From assembly GCA_051251915.1 (NCBI GenBank), contig JBPOGF010000003.1:201479-265478 (forward strand): DNA of 64,000 nt. The letters are read 5' to 3'. The stretch's first letter is position 1, and each line of letters begins with the position of its first letter. Below the pieces are notes generated by a model. The model saw nothing but the letters and a program-made list of their open reading frames with translations. It was not told the DNA's origin and did not search any database. This stretch comes from Akkermansiaceae bacterium (GTDB lineage: Bacteria; Verrucomicrobiota; Verrucomicrobiia; Verrucomicrobiales; Akkermansiaceae). Positions 10,196 to 20,251 of this stretch are shown here, one piece after another. The position numbers and the translations under genes were made by a program.

Positions 10196-11065
10196 CTATT
10201 CTTGTGATTCATTAGTCATTGTTTGTAGAGGTTCTTTAAATGTGAGTGTGCGATATGGGAAAGGGATTTCTATGTCTGCTTCATCTAGGGCTTTTTTAAC
10301 TGTAGCGATCATTTCTGCTGTTGCTTCGCGAAAGGGCATCGGCTGGGAATTTGTCCAGGCGAATATTTTGAAATCAATACTGCTAGCACCGAAGCCTACG
10401 GGTAAGATTTTAGTGCCTCTATCTTGATTAATTTTTTGAAGTGAAGCAACGGCTTCTGTAATGACTTTCGTAGCATGTTCAAGATCGGTGTCGTAAGATA
10501 CTCCTACATCGAGCTCGATTCTTCTTTCTGAGATGTGGGTGAAGACTTCAACTGGCTGAGTGACTAAAAGTGAATTTGGCAGGATGATAAGCTCACCAGA
10601 GGTATCTTGAATCAGGGTATGACGAAGCTCGATTTTCTTAACGCGGCCCGTTACGTCACCACAGGAAATCAGATCATCTTCTTCGAAGGGGAATTTCCAA
10701 AGTAGCATGACACCAGCGAAAAAGTTCTGGAAAATATCTTTAAAGGCTAATCCTACAGCGACTGAGACGAGACCTGCTGCTGAGAGAGCTTTGGCAGGGG
10801 TGAGACCAGGAAATACGATCATGGCTGCGGAAATAAAACCGAAAATCCAGATGCTGGTTTTGATTAATCTCACTACGAGTTGGACTAGTGATGGACGCAT
10901 CTTCGTCTTACCGAGTGTTCTTTTAGCCAAGCGGGTCACAGCGGTGGCGACTAGCCAAGTGAAGACAATGATCGCGAGAGCGCCTGCTAGGAAGGGGAGA
11001 TGCTCTAGGAATGATTTCCAGATGTCCGAGAGAGAATCGGTGATGATTTTTTGTGCATTTGCCAT
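10196..11065 (-). CDS. small-conductance mechanosensitive channel (MscS family)
   Basis: GLAFKDIFQNFFAG, VGVSYDTD and IEIPFP. Confidence 0.92.
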   Translation of the reverse strand: MANAQKIITDSLSDIWKSFLEHLPFLAGALAIIVFTWLVATAVTRLAKRTLGKTKMRPSLVQLVVRLIKTSIWIFGFISAAMIVFPGLTPAKALSAAGLVSVAVGLAFKDIFQNFFAGVMLLWKFPFEEDDLISCGDVTGRVKKIELRHTLIQDTSGELIILPNSLLVTQPVEVFTHISERRIELDVGVSYDTDLEHATKVITEAVASLQKINQDRGTKILPVGFGASSIDFKIFAWTNSQPMPFREATAEMIATVKKALDEADIEIPFPYRTLTFKEPLQTMTNESQE

Positions 11066-11178
11066 TAATCATAGTAGAGCCAGATTGGGGAAATTTCAAT
11101 TATCGTTTTAGAAATGCATTAGCTTGGGCTTTAAAATAGTTGGGTCTTTTAGTTGAGATATAGAGTCAGGGCTAACTT

Positions 11179-11187
11179 TTATCCACA
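11179..11187 (+). promoter_or_regulatory. single perfect DnaA box in divergent intergenic region
   Basis: TTATCCACA. Confidence 0.35.
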
Positions 11188-11264
11188 CATTTGTTAATAA
11201 CTTGCTTTCAGGTGTTGTGACTTAATATTGCTGGGAAACTTTAATTATCACCAACTATATAAAT

Positions 11265-12053
11265 ATGAAATACGCGATACTACTAACAACACTTACGGTC
11301 AGCCTAGCCAATGGCATGACGACACTCATTGATGTTAATTTCCCGGGAGGGACTGGCATTAATCCGACATTTACAGAAATTAACAATGGAGCGGGGACTA
11401 ATTCCTGGACACAGGCAACTGGTGTTCTAGCTACTAGTGGTAGTGAGGTGTCTGCAGTGGGGGCGGTGTCTTCTACTTCAGTGGATTTTACAGGACTGGG
11501 AACAGATTCATTGGTTCTTAACTTTGTAGTTTCAAGCGCATCTTATAGTACTTTGGTTTCAAATGGTATGTTTCTGGGGTTTCAGGATAGCAATGGATCA
11601 GGTGGCACAGCTCTTTGGAATAATCATAGTCCTTCATTTGGACTGTTGCTTCCTGGAGGGGCGGGTGGTCTGGATTTATTAGCGGTTGGTCCTGGAGGTA
11701 ATGCTGGGGGTGGTCGTTATCAGGATACTAGTTATGGTGTTGCTACGGTGGCTTCTCTGCAGGATGGTTTTGATGTGACTCTTACTGTGAATAGTCTTGG
11801 CTGGGAGTTACTTATTGGCGGTATGCTGGATGCTGATAATAATGCTATTACTGGTGGATCTGGTTTATGGGCGACTTCGACTCAAGACTTTGCTGGTTTC
11901 ACAGATAGTATGTTTGTAGCGACTGCGATTCAGACACCTGATGAGACTTCGGGGATGACTCTAGAGAGTGTTACTTTGACTCAGGTGCCTGAGCCATCAA
12001 GTGCTCTACTACTGGGTCTTGGTTCTCTAGGGCTGTTACGCCGTAGAAGGTAG
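11265..12053 (+). CDS. PEP-CTERM sorting domain protein (paralog 1)
   Basis: Signal peptide; C-terminal VPEPSSALLLGLGSLGLLRRRR. Confidence 0.93.
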   Translation: MKYAILLTTLTVSLANGMTTLIDVNFPGGTGINPTFTEINNGAGTNSWTQATGVLATSGSEVSAVGAVSSTSVDFTGLGTDSLVLNFVVSSASYSTLVSNGMFLGFQDSNGSGGTALWNNHSPSFGLLLPGGAGGLDLLAVGPGGNAGGGRYQDTSYGVATVASLQDGFDVTLTVNSLGWELLIGGMLDADNNAITGGSGLWATSTQDFAGFTDSMFVATAIQTPDETSGMTLESVTLTQVPEPSSALLLGLGSLGLLRRRR

Positions 12054-12088
12054 TTGATCGGTTTATATTTTAACTTTTGTTTTAATAG

Positions 12089-12125
12089 AAATGGCGAATG
12101 CTCGGTTGAGCATTCGCCATTTTTT
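12089..12125 (+). terminator. intrinsic terminator
   Basis: aaatggcgaatgctc-ggtt-gagcattcgccattt followed by T tract. Confidence 0.85.
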
Positions 12126-12146
12126 GTTGAGTTGTTGTATGAGTTT

Positions 12147-12350
12147 TTAGTTCTTGGTTGTTTTTAGTTCTGGGTCGTTGATCCAGTCTGGGGAGTCTTG
12201 TTGAATGTCTGCCCAGAGTGCGATGAGTTTGTTTTTCATGCGCTCGGTTTCTTCTGGGAAGTGGTCGTTGTGTGGGTTGCTCTGGTTGGTGTCTTTACTT
12301 AGGTCGAAGAGGGCGAAGCGTTGGAGCTTGGCGGATTTTGCCCCATTCTG
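12147..12350 (-). pseudogene. orphan 3' fragment of the sulfatase at 13311-14825
   Basis: 12158-12350 aligns to 13316-13507 (about 90% identity by eye); encodes ...QRFALFDLSKDTNQSNPHNDHFPEETERMKNKLIALWADIQQDSPDWINDPELKTTKN*; no 5' part. Confidence 0.9.
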
Positions 12351-12457
12351 GAACCGTATGTTGTTCTTTCTGAGCTAATTTAAATCATTAAGAGCTTGCT
12401 TTCAGGTGGTGTAACTCACTAGTCTTGAGTTTCTTTAATTGTAACCAACTATATAAA

Positions 12458-13255
12458 ATGAAATACGCGATACTACTGACAACACTTTCGGCCAGCCTAG
12501 TTAATGGGATGACGACACTTATTGATGTTAACTTCCCGGGAGGGACTGGCATTAATCCGACCTTTACGGAAATTGATAATGAAGTCGGAGATAACTCTTG
12601 GACACAGGCGACAGGTGTTCTTGCTACTAGCACTGACAATAACTCTGCTGTGGGGGCGGTTTCTGCTAGCACAGTAGATTTTACTAGTCTGGGAACTGAT
12701 TCACTTGTTCTTCAAATTAGTATCTCTGGAGCGACATATACTAACCTCTCAGCGAATGGGATGTTTTTGGGTTTCCAAGATCTCAACGATTCCGATGGTA
12801 GTATCGGGCTCTTTAATAACTCCGCTCAACAGGCAGTTGGAGTGTATCTTCCTGGTGGGTCAGGTGGTTTGACGCAACGAGCGGTTGGTCTAGGAGGTAA
12901 TCATGGGTCTGGTCGTTATCTAGCAACTAACTTTGGTGTCGCTACTGTGGCTTCGTTGCTGGATGGTTTTGATATTACGCTTACGATTAATAGCACGGGA
13001 TGGGAAATGGGCGTTATAGGTATGCTTGACGCTGGTGGTTCTGCTATTACTGGTGGTTCTGGTGCTTGGGCAGATTCTGATTTCGACTTCTCAGAATTTA
13101 CTTCAACTATGCATGTGGCAACTTCGATCCAAACACCGAATAATGATGATGGAGGGATGACTCTTTCGAGTATTACTCTGACTCAGGTGCCTGAGCCATC
13201 TAGCCTTGGGTTGTTGGGTGTTGCTTCGCTAGGTTTGCTACGCCGTCGTAGATAG
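12458..13255 (+). CDS. PEP-CTERM sorting domain protein (paralog 2)
   Basis: Same N-terminus MKYAILLTTL as paralog 1; C-terminal VPEPSSLGLLGVASLGLLRRRR. Confidence 0.93.
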   Translation: MKYAILLTTLSASLVNGMTTLIDVNFPGGTGINPTFTEIDNEVGDNSWTQATGVLATSTDNNSAVGAVSASTVDFTSLGTDSLVLQISISGATYTNLSANGMFLGFQDLNDSDGSIGLFNNSAQQAVGVYLPGGSGGLTQRAVGLGGNHGSGRYLATNFGVATVASLLDGFDITLTINSTGWEMGVIGMLDAGGSAITGGSGAWADSDFDFSEFTSTMHVATSIQTPNNDDGGMTLSSITLTQVPEPSSLGLLGVASLGLLRRRR

Positions 13256-13281
13256 TTTTTTCTTTAGCAGAATATCTTTAG

Positions 13282-13313
13282 TAGCTCCTTGGATGGTTTC
13301 ATCTGGGGAGCTA
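13282..13313. terminator. hairpin between convergent PEP-CTERM and sulfatase genes
   Basis: tagctccttggatg-gttt-catctggggagcta, with G-U pairs. Confidence 0.55.
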
Positions 13314-14825
13314 TTTTGTTTTTAGCTCTGGTGCGTTGATCCAGTCTGGTGAGTCTTGCTGGATGTCTGCCCAGAGTGCGATGAGTTTGTTTTTCATGCG
13401 CTCGGTTTCTTCTGGGAAGTGGTTGTTGAGTGGGTTGCTCTGGTTGGTGTCTTTGCTAAGGTCGAAGAGGGCGAAGCGTTGGAGCTTGGCGGATTTGACC
13501 CATTCTGAGATTCCTTGTTCTTTTGTCTTGGGGCTGAACCAGCCTATGATGGTGTAGTTTCCATCGCGCATGGACATGCCAGGGAGGGTGGAGGTGTCGT
13601 AGTGTGCGGGGAAGATCCAGCAGCCTGGGATGGTGCGTTTGATGGGCTGGCCTTGGAGGCTGAGTTTGACGTCTGTGCCATCGATGGTGCGGTCAGTGGG
13701 GACTTGGATGCCGGTGGCTGCGCAGATGGTGGGGAGCCAGTCTGTGCCGTTTACGAGTTGGTTAGAGATGGTGCCTGGCTTGATGGTGCCTTTCCAGCGG
13801 ACGATGCCTGGGACGCGGTGTCCGCCTTCGTAGACGTAGCGTTTCATTCCTCTCCATGGTCCTGGTGTGCCGAAGCAGTGGTCGCGGATGGGGTCTTCCC
13901 ATTGGTTGCCTGATTCTTCTACGGTGACGGGTGTTTCTGGGCCGTTGTCGCTGGTGAGGATGACGATGGAGTTATCGCTATGGGCATCGACTTCTTTCAT
14001 GAGGGTGCCGACGGTGTTGTCTAGCTGGGAGACGGTGCCGTAGTAGTATTTTTTATTTTCGCTGATGTTGCGGGTGAGTGGGCGGTGGACGCCTCCGTAT
14101 GGCATGGTGGGTTCGAGTATTTCTACGAAGTCATTATCATACATGTCGGAGTATTTCTTGGGAGGCATGATGGGTGTGTGTGGCTCGTGGTAGGAGACGA
14201 TGAGGAGGTATGGCTTGGTTTGGTCTGGGCGGTTTTTGATCCATTGGATGGATTCTTCTACGATGGCTTCACAGTACCATTGGTTGATTTCTCCGATTGG
14301 GGTTCCGTTTCTGACGAATTTGGCTGGGCTTTCTGGTCCGTCGAATGCGTTGACTTCTGTGGCGAACCAGTGGTCGTATCCGTGGTCACCTGGTGTGGGT
14401 TGGTTGTTGAATTTGCCGAGGTGCCATTTGCCTACGAAGCAGGTGTCGTAGCCTTTTTGTTTGAGGAGGGTGGGTAGGGTGATCTCTGAGGCTCTGAGGT
14501 GGCTGCCTTCTGGGCCGGCGATGTAGAAGAAGCCGGAGCGGTAGGGATTTCTGCCGGTGATGAGGGAGGCGCGTGATGGTGAGCAGACGGTTCCGCCGGA
14601 GTGGCAGTCTGTGAGGCGGACTCCTGACTGGGCGAGGGCGTCGATGTTTGGGGTTTTGATGAAGGGGTGTCCGTAGCAGCCGAGGTCTCCGTAGCCGAGG
14701 TCATCTGCTAGGAAGATGACGATGTTAGGGAGTGGTTTTTCCTGGGTAGTGGTTTCGGTGGTGTTTGCTTTTAGGCTGGAGAATAAAAGCAGGAAGATTG
14801 CGGCTTGCTTGAGAATGGTCTTCAT
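13311..14825 (-). CDS. secreted formylglycine-dependent sulfatase
   Basis: Signal peptide, ADDLG, CSPSRASLITG, GKWHLG and SDNG. Confidence 0.95.
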   Translation of the reverse strand: MKTILKQAAIFLLLFSSLKANTTETTTQEKPLPNIVIFLADDLGYGDLGCYGHPFIKTPNIDALAQSGVRLTDCHSGGTVCSPSRASLITGRNPYRSGFFYIAGPEGSHLRASEITLPTLLKQKGYDTCFVGKWHLGKFNNQPTPGDHGYDHWFATEVNAFDGPESPAKFVRNGTPIGEINQWYCEAIVEESIQWIKNRPDQTKPYLLIVSYHEPHTPIMPPKKYSDMYDNDFVEILEPTMPYGGVHRPLTRNISENKKYYYGTVSQLDNTVGTLMKEVDAHSDNSIVILTSDNGPETPVTVEESGNQWEDPIRDHCFGTPGPWRGMKRYVYEGGHRVPGIVRWKGTIKPGTISNQLVNGTDWLPTICAATGIQVPTDRTIDGTDVKLSLQGQPIKRTIPGCWIFPAHYDTSTLPGMSMRDGNYTIIGWFSPKTKEQGISEWVKSAKLQRFALFDLSKDTNQSNPLNNHFPEETERMKNKLIALWADIQQDSPDWINAPELKTK

Positions 14826-14847
14826 GGGTGGAGTGATAGATTGTGAG

Positions 14848-16218
14848 TTATTTTTTGTCGACTAGGTTTGTGGTCTCGAATGGGTCAGACTTTAGATTAT
14901 AGTGTTGTTTGAGGCTTCCTGTTTTGCCTTTTGTCCATTGGTTGATTTTGTGTTCATCTGTGGTGATGGTGGATTTGAGGTTTTTCCAGTATGAGATGGC
15001 TGTGCCGTCTGATTTTGCGGTGGGGTCTTGGAGGATGTTGGCTAGTGAGTGGCCTTCTAGGTGGGCTGGTTTTTTGATGTTGATGAGGTCGCAGAGTGTG
15101 GGGTAGAGGTCGAGGGTTTCTACGACTTCATTTGATGGGGTGCCTGGGCTGTTGGTGGATGGTAGCTTGATGAAGAGTGGGGAGTGGAGGGCGACTGCGT
15201 AGGGTGAGTGCTTGCCCCAGATTTTTTGTTCGCCGAGGTGCCAGCCGTGGTCGCCCCAGAGGATGACGATGGTGTTTTTGTCTACATCGTATTTTGCTAG
15301 GAGTTCTAGGATGGTGCCGACGTGTTCGTCTGATGAGGAGACGCAGGCGGCGTAGTGTCTTCTGACGTTGTCTGCGTGGGTGGCGTCTTCGCGAGGGTCT
15401 GCTGCTTGGAGGTACTGGGTCATTTCTCCGCTTGGGTGCCAGAAGTCACCTTTGGGTGGGCGTTGGTTAGCGGGGATGGCTGGGAGTGTTACTCCTTGGT
15501 AGATGTCTAGGTATTTGATGTTGCAGGCGAAGGGGAGGTGTGGTCTGAGGAGGCCTACGGCGAGGAGCCAGGGTTTGTCTTGGGTGGTGACTGTTTCTAG
15601 CTGGGTTTTGAAGCCGTCCATGGTGGCGTCATCTGGGTAGCGGGCGTCTTTGGCTTCTATGACGGGGGATTTGCCTTTTTCACGTGCTACTCCATCTGCG
15701 TATCCGTGCATGAGGGCTTGGGCGTGTTTCCATTCTCCGTTTGATTGGAGGCAGATGTCCCAGGCGTTGGGGATTTCTGGTTTGGTTTGGTCTGCCCAGT
15801 TTTTTCCTGTTAGGTTGCCTGGGTAGTGGGAGACTTTTCCGACTGCGGCGGTGTAGTAGCCGTTGTTTCTGAGGTGAGCGGGGAAGGTGGGGCGGGTTTC
15901 GTGGTCGTGGGCTGGGATGCAGCTGTTAGAGAGTTCTCCGGGGCCGTCTGGGTAGAGGCCGGTGAGCATGGCGAAGCGGGATGATCCGCAGGTGGGGGCT
16001 TGGACGTAGTGGCGCTTGAAGAGGCGGCCTTGGGAGAAGAGTTTTTCGATATTGGGTGCGTGGATGTAGTCTTTGCCGAAGGATGGTAGCTCGGGGCGGA
16101 GGTCATCTATGCAGATGAGGAGGATGTTGGGTTTGGTAGAAGTGGAAGAGGTTTCTTGTGCTTGGCTGGTGGCGGTGGCTGCAGAGAGGAAAAGAGCGAT
16201 GATGGATTTTAGTTTCAT
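14848..16218 (-). CDS. secreted sulfatase (iduronate-2-sulfatase-like)
   Basis: IDDLRP, CGSSR, RPHLPF and WGDHGWHLGE. Confidence 0.93.
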   Translation of the reverse strand: MKLKSIIALFLSAATATSQAQETSSTSTKPNILLICIDDLRPELPSFGKDYIHAPNIEKLFSQGRLFKRHYVQAPTCGSSRFAMLTGLYPDGPGELSNSCIPAHDHETRPTFPAHLRNNGYYTAAVGKVSHYPGNLTGKNWADQTKPEIPNAWDICLQSNGEWKHAQALMHGYADGVAREKGKSPVIEAKDARYPDDATMDGFKTQLETVTTQDKPWLLAVGLLRPHLPFACNIKYLDIYQGVTLPAIPANQRPPKGDFWHPSGEMTQYLQAADPREDATHADNVRRHYAACVSSSDEHVGTILELLAKYDVDKNTIVILWGDHGWHLGEQKIWGKHSPYAVALHSPLFIKLPSTNSPGTPSNEVVETLDLYPTLCDLINIKKPAHLEGHSLANILQDPTAKSDGTAISYWKNLKSTITTDEHKINQWTKGKTGSLKQHYNLKSDPFETTNLVDKK

Positions 16219-16248
16219 GTGGTGGTTTTTAATTTTTGTTAGATTTTG

Positions 16249-18435
16249 TTAGAGTGCTTTACGTTCGGCATTTTTCATATCGCGGTCAAGGCGCTTTTCC
16301 ATGTTGGTGGCGCGGGTTTCTTCGCCGACTTGGCGGTACATTTTGGCGATTTGGCGGTGGATGCCGACTTCGGTGGTTTTGCGGAACCAGTTATCGCTGC
16401 CGGTGTCGACAACGCGGTTGAAGGCGAGTTCGATGGTGCGGACTGCGGGCTTGGCTCGGTCTTCATCGTCTTTCATGAGGCTGAAGTAGTATTGGATCAT
16501 TTCTTTGAATCCGCTGATGGAGCCGCCATATTCGCGGAGTGCGCTGGAGTAGAGTTGGTGGATTTCTTCTAGTGCTTTGTCTTTATCGTCTTTGCCTCTT
16601 TTGAGGATGAGCTGGGCTTCACGTTTGAGGCTGGTGGTCATGAGGTCTGCTTGCTCGGCGGCGTTTCTGTTGTCACGGCGGCGGAGTCTGGCTAGGTCGC
16701 GTCTGACTTCAGCGAGGTCGCTGTAAGGGAAGATGTGTTTGTCTTCGATGATGGTGGCGATGGAGCCCATGCGTGGGTTTTCTCTAAATTCGAATTTGAG
16801 GTCTTTTACGAAATCTTTCCAGACGGCGAGGGTGGCGGGGAGTGCTGGGGTGGCGGTGAGTTCTTCTTGGGATAGCATGACTTGGTAGGTGCGGTTCCAG
16901 GTGATGGGGAATTCTTTGCCTATGTGGTGTGCGGCTTTGATGGCTTGGTGGCTTTCTGGTTTGTTTGAGTTAGAGGCTAAGAAGTCTGCGAGCCAGAGGT
17001 TGCGGTGGACTTTGATGGTGTTGGTGTGGGAAGCTATTTTGGGTTGGGTCCATAGCCAGACTTCTTGTTCGGTGATGTTTTCGCCGGTTTGTGGGTTTTT
17101 GCCTTTGCCTTTTGATACGCCGGCTATTCTGCCGATTTTGGTTGACCATTCATCTGGTTCGATTTTGACTGCGGCCCATGCGTGTCCGCCGTTGTTGGTG
17201 AGTCCTGATAGGCCGAATGCTGGGATGCCGGCGGCTCTGGCGGAGTTGACGCAGAAGAAGGTCTGGTCACCACAGATGCCACCTTCTTTGATGATTTCTT
17301 GGAGGGTGTATTCTGCGTATGGGTTGAGGCCGCTGACGGCGCGTTCCATGAGGTATTCTACGTCTGAGTATGCTTTGCCGAAGTGTTTTCTGCTGGCGCT
17401 GCGGTATTCGCTGAGAGCCCATTCTAGTTCATTTTTTGAGACTGGTGCGGCGACGACGAAGGTGAGGTCTTTGGCGGAGGCTTTGTGGATGTCGCCTTCT
17501 AGGAGGCCGGCTTCGCTTTTCTTGCGGTACCAGTGGTAACGGAAGAAGCCGTCGATGTTAGAGGAGTCTGAGGTTTTGTTTTTGTAGGGTTGGTTTTTGT
17601 CGAAGACGACGGAGCAGGCGAGGGCGAGGTTGAAGTATTTTGGGATGAGGGTATCTAGGTCGTTGGCGTCTCCTTGGTTGAATATTTCGTCTTCATCTAG
17701 GTAGGTGAAGACTTCGTTTTGCCAGACTTTGCTGAGGAACTTGAAGGCGGATTTTTTGTTGTCGTTTTTGTGGATGGTGAGGATGACTTGTTCGAGTGCG
17801 TGGTCATGGGTGAGGAGCCAAGTCATCATGTCGGAGCTGCCGGCGAGTGATTTGGTGAGGCTGGTGACATCGTTAGGGAAGATGCCGAGCATTTTCCAGC
17901 GGAGGAGGGCTGTGTAGTATTTGGGTTCGTTCCAGAGGGGGGTGTATCTGTCTTGGTAGCGGCCTAGTTTGGATTGTGATTGTGAGAATGCTTGGGAGAG
18001 TGAGCGCTTGAGCATGGCGCGGTATTGTTTCCATTCTCCGTGGTAGGCGGCGTGTTCGATGAGCTCGGCGTCTTTTTTTAGTTCTGCGGTGGAGCTGGCT
18101 TGATTACCTACGAGGATGAGGGTGGCGGTGGTGAGTGGTGAGATTTCTTTTGGTGTGGGTTTGTTTTTTGGTTTGGCGGGATGGTTTTTTTGGGTTTGTT
18201 TGTTGGTTGGCTTATCTTTTGATGCGATGTTGTTTGGGGTGGTTTCTTTGGTGGGGAGAATCTGAGGTTGTTTTTGGGTGGCTTGTGGTTGTTTTTTAGG
18301 GTCTGGGAGATTTTCTGAAACGGGTTCTTCCGCTACTGTATTTTGTGGGAATAGAGTGGGGTGGAGTTCATAGCCTGCCCATCCAATGGCGGTGAGGAAT
18401 AGGAGTTTGAAAATGGCAGATGATAGAGATTTCAT
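16249..18435 (-). CDS. membrane-anchored hypothetical protein with transglutaminase-like core
   Basis: N-terminal TM, K/P/Q-rich linker, GGICGDQT...ARAAGIPA...GGHAWA. Confidence 0.7.
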   Translation of the reverse strand: MKSLSSAIFKLLFLTAIGWAGYELHPTLFPQNTVAEEPVSENLPDPKKQPQATQKQPQILPTKETTPNNIASKDKPTNKQTQKNHPAKPKNKPTPKEISPLTTATLILVGNQASSTAELKKDAELIEHAAYHGEWKQYRAMLKRSLSQAFSQSQSKLGRYQDRYTPLWNEPKYYTALLRWKMLGIFPNDVTSLTKSLAGSSDMMTWLLTHDHALEQVILTIHKNDNKKSAFKFLSKVWQNEVFTYLDEDEIFNQGDANDLDTLIPKYFNLALACSVVFDKNQPYKNKTSDSSNIDGFFRYHWYRKKSEAGLLEGDIHKASAKDLTFVVAAPVSKNELEWALSEYRSASRKHFGKAYSDVEYLMERAVSGLNPYAEYTLQEIIKEGGICGDQTFFCVNSARAAGIPAFGLSGLTNNGGHAWAAVKIEPDEWSTKIGRIAGVSKGKGKNPQTGENITEQEVWLWTQPKIASHTNTIKVHRNLWLADFLASNSNKPESHQAIKAAHHIGKEFPITWNRTYQVMLSQEELTATPALPATLAVWKDFVKDLKFEFRENPRMGSIATIIEDKHIFPYSDLAEVRRDLARLRRRDNRNAAEQADLMTTSLKREAQLILKRGKDDKDKALEEIHQLYSSALREYGGSISGFKEMIQYYFSLMKDDEDRAKPAVRTIELAFNRVVDTGSDNWFRKTTEVGIHRQIAKMYRQVGEETRATNMEKRLDRDMKNAERKAL

Positions 18436-18598
18436 GGATTGAAAGTAATGTTGGCGAGGCTGTGATGCAAGTGAAATGAGGGAATACGAGTGATGTGTTG
18501 GATGGGATTATTTCATTGTGAGGCAGGAGTTGGGGTGGTAGGAATGTTGACGTGAGTGAAGGAAGTGAAAATTTAATAGATGATAGAAATACGAATAT

Positions 18599-19306
18599 AT
18601 GACACCACATATTAATGCTAAGGCTGGGGATTTTGCGGAGACTTGTTTGCTTCCGGGGGATCCATTGAGGGCGAAATTTATTGCGGAGACATTTTTGGAT
18701 GATGTGAAGCAGGTGAATTCTGTTAGGAATATGTTTGGCTATACGGGGACGTATAATGGTAAGCGGGTGTCTGTGATGGGGACTGGGATGGGGATTCCTT
18801 CTAGTAGTATTTATGCGACTGAGTTGGTGACGAAGTATGGTGTGAAGAATTTGGTTCGTGTTGGGAGTTGTGGTGCGGTGAGTAAGGATGTGAAGGTGCG
18901 GGATATTGTGATGGGGATAGGTGCGTCTACGGATTCTGGGGTGAATAGGGCTAGGTTTAGAGGGATGGATTTTTCTGCGTCTGCGGATTATGGGCTTCTT
19001 AGGAGGGCTGTGGATGTTGCGGAGGAGAAGGGGTATGCTGTGCAGGTGGGGAATTTGTTTTCAGCGGATTTGTTTTATCATCCAGAGCCTGCGGTGTTTG
19101 ATACGCTGGAGGCGATGAATATTTTGGGGGTAGAGATGGAGGCGGCTGGGTTATATGGGATAGCTGCGGAAAATTATGAGTTGGGGGTGAAGGCGTTGGC
19201 TATCTGTACTGTTTCTGATCATATCCGAACGGGGGAAAGCTTACCTCCTGAGGAGCGGCAGTCTTCGTTTACGGAGATGATGGAGGTTGCGTTGGGGATT
19301 TTGTAG
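18599..19306 (+). CDS. deoD: purine nucleoside phosphorylase (hexameric type)
   Basis: TPHINA, PGDPLRA, GMGIPS and VEMEAAG. Confidence 0.96.
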   Translation: MTPHINAKAGDFAETCLLPGDPLRAKFIAETFLDDVKQVNSVRNMFGYTGTYNGKRVSVMGTGMGIPSSSIYATELVTKYGVKNLVRVGSCGAVSKDVKVRDIVMGIGASTDSGVNRARFRGMDFSASADYGLLRRAVDVAEEKGYAVQVGNLFSADLFYHPEPAVFDTLEAMNILGVEMEAAGLYGIAAENYELGVKALAICTVSDHIRTGESLPPEERQSSFTEMMEVALGIL

Positions 19307-19396
19307 GTTCTTTTGGTGTGGTGGTGAGAAAGATAAACTTTTGTAAAATACTAATGGTTAGTTGGGGTGATATGGAGTATGACTGTAACAGACAAG

Positions 19397-20251
19397 ATGA
19401 ATAAATTTTTAACTATTTTCCTATTTTCGGTGGTGTTTAATGTGGCGGCGACTTCAGCGATGGCGCAGAGTGTGAGCCGAGCAAGCGTTGCCACTCCAAT
19501 GCCTAAGTCTTCAGCTCCTAAAGTGCATGCGAAGCGAGTGATCGTGGTGGATAATGTGACGGGGGCTGTGTTGTATGAGAAAAATTCTCTGGAGAAGTGT
19601 GCGGTGGCATCGACTCAGAAGTTGATGACTGCGGTGTGTGTTGTGGATGCGGGGTCGCTGGAGAATGTGGTGAATGTGACGTCTACTGATACGAAGGTGG
19701 AGCCTACGAAGATTTATATTCGTTCTGGTGAAACATATAAGCGTAAGGATCTGCTGAAGGCGTTGCTGGTGAAGTCTGGGAATGATGCAGCGAGGGCGCT
19801 GGCGCGGGATGTGGCAGGGAGTCAGGTGAAATTTAGAGGGGTGATGAATGCTAGGGCAAAGAAGTTGGGGATGAGTAGTTCTTATTTTTACAATGCTCAT
19901 GGTTTGACTGAGGGTGGGCAGTATTCTACTGCTAGGGATATTGCTATTTTGATGAGGAAGGCGGTGAGGATTCCTACTTTGAGGTCATATATGTTGACTA
20001 GGGGGTATTATTTTCAGCCTCCTGGGCGGAATAAGCAATGGTTGACGAATACGAATAAACTGCTTCCTAAGTTGTCTTATTGTATGGGGGGGAAGACTGG
20101 ATACACGAATGCTGCTGGGCGATGCTTGGTGACTTATGGAGAGCGCAATGGGCGCTCTGTGATTGTTGTTTGTCTGGGGTCTACGTCAGCGAAGATCTGG
20201 GATGATGCGGGTAGTTTATTGAAGTGGAGTTTGGAGCAGCCAGGTCTTTAA
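19397..20251 (+). CDS. D-alanyl-D-alanine carboxypeptidase/endopeptidase (peptidase S11)
   Basis: ASTQK (SxxK), SGN and KTG motifs; signal peptide. Confidence 0.92.
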   Translation: MNKFLTIFLFSVVFNVAATSAMAQSVSRASVATPMPKSSAPKVHAKRVIVVDNVTGAVLYEKNSLEKCAVASTQKLMTAVCVVDAGSLENVVNVTSTDTKVEPTKIYIRSGETYKRKDLLKALLVKSGNDAARALARDVAGSQVKFRGVMNARAKKLGMSSSYFYNAHGLTEGGQYSTARDIAILMRKAVRIPTLRSYMLTRGYYFQPPGRNKQWLTNTNKLLPKLSYCMGGKTGYTNAAGRCLVTYGERNGRSVIVVCLGSTSAKIWDDAGSLLKWSLEQPGL

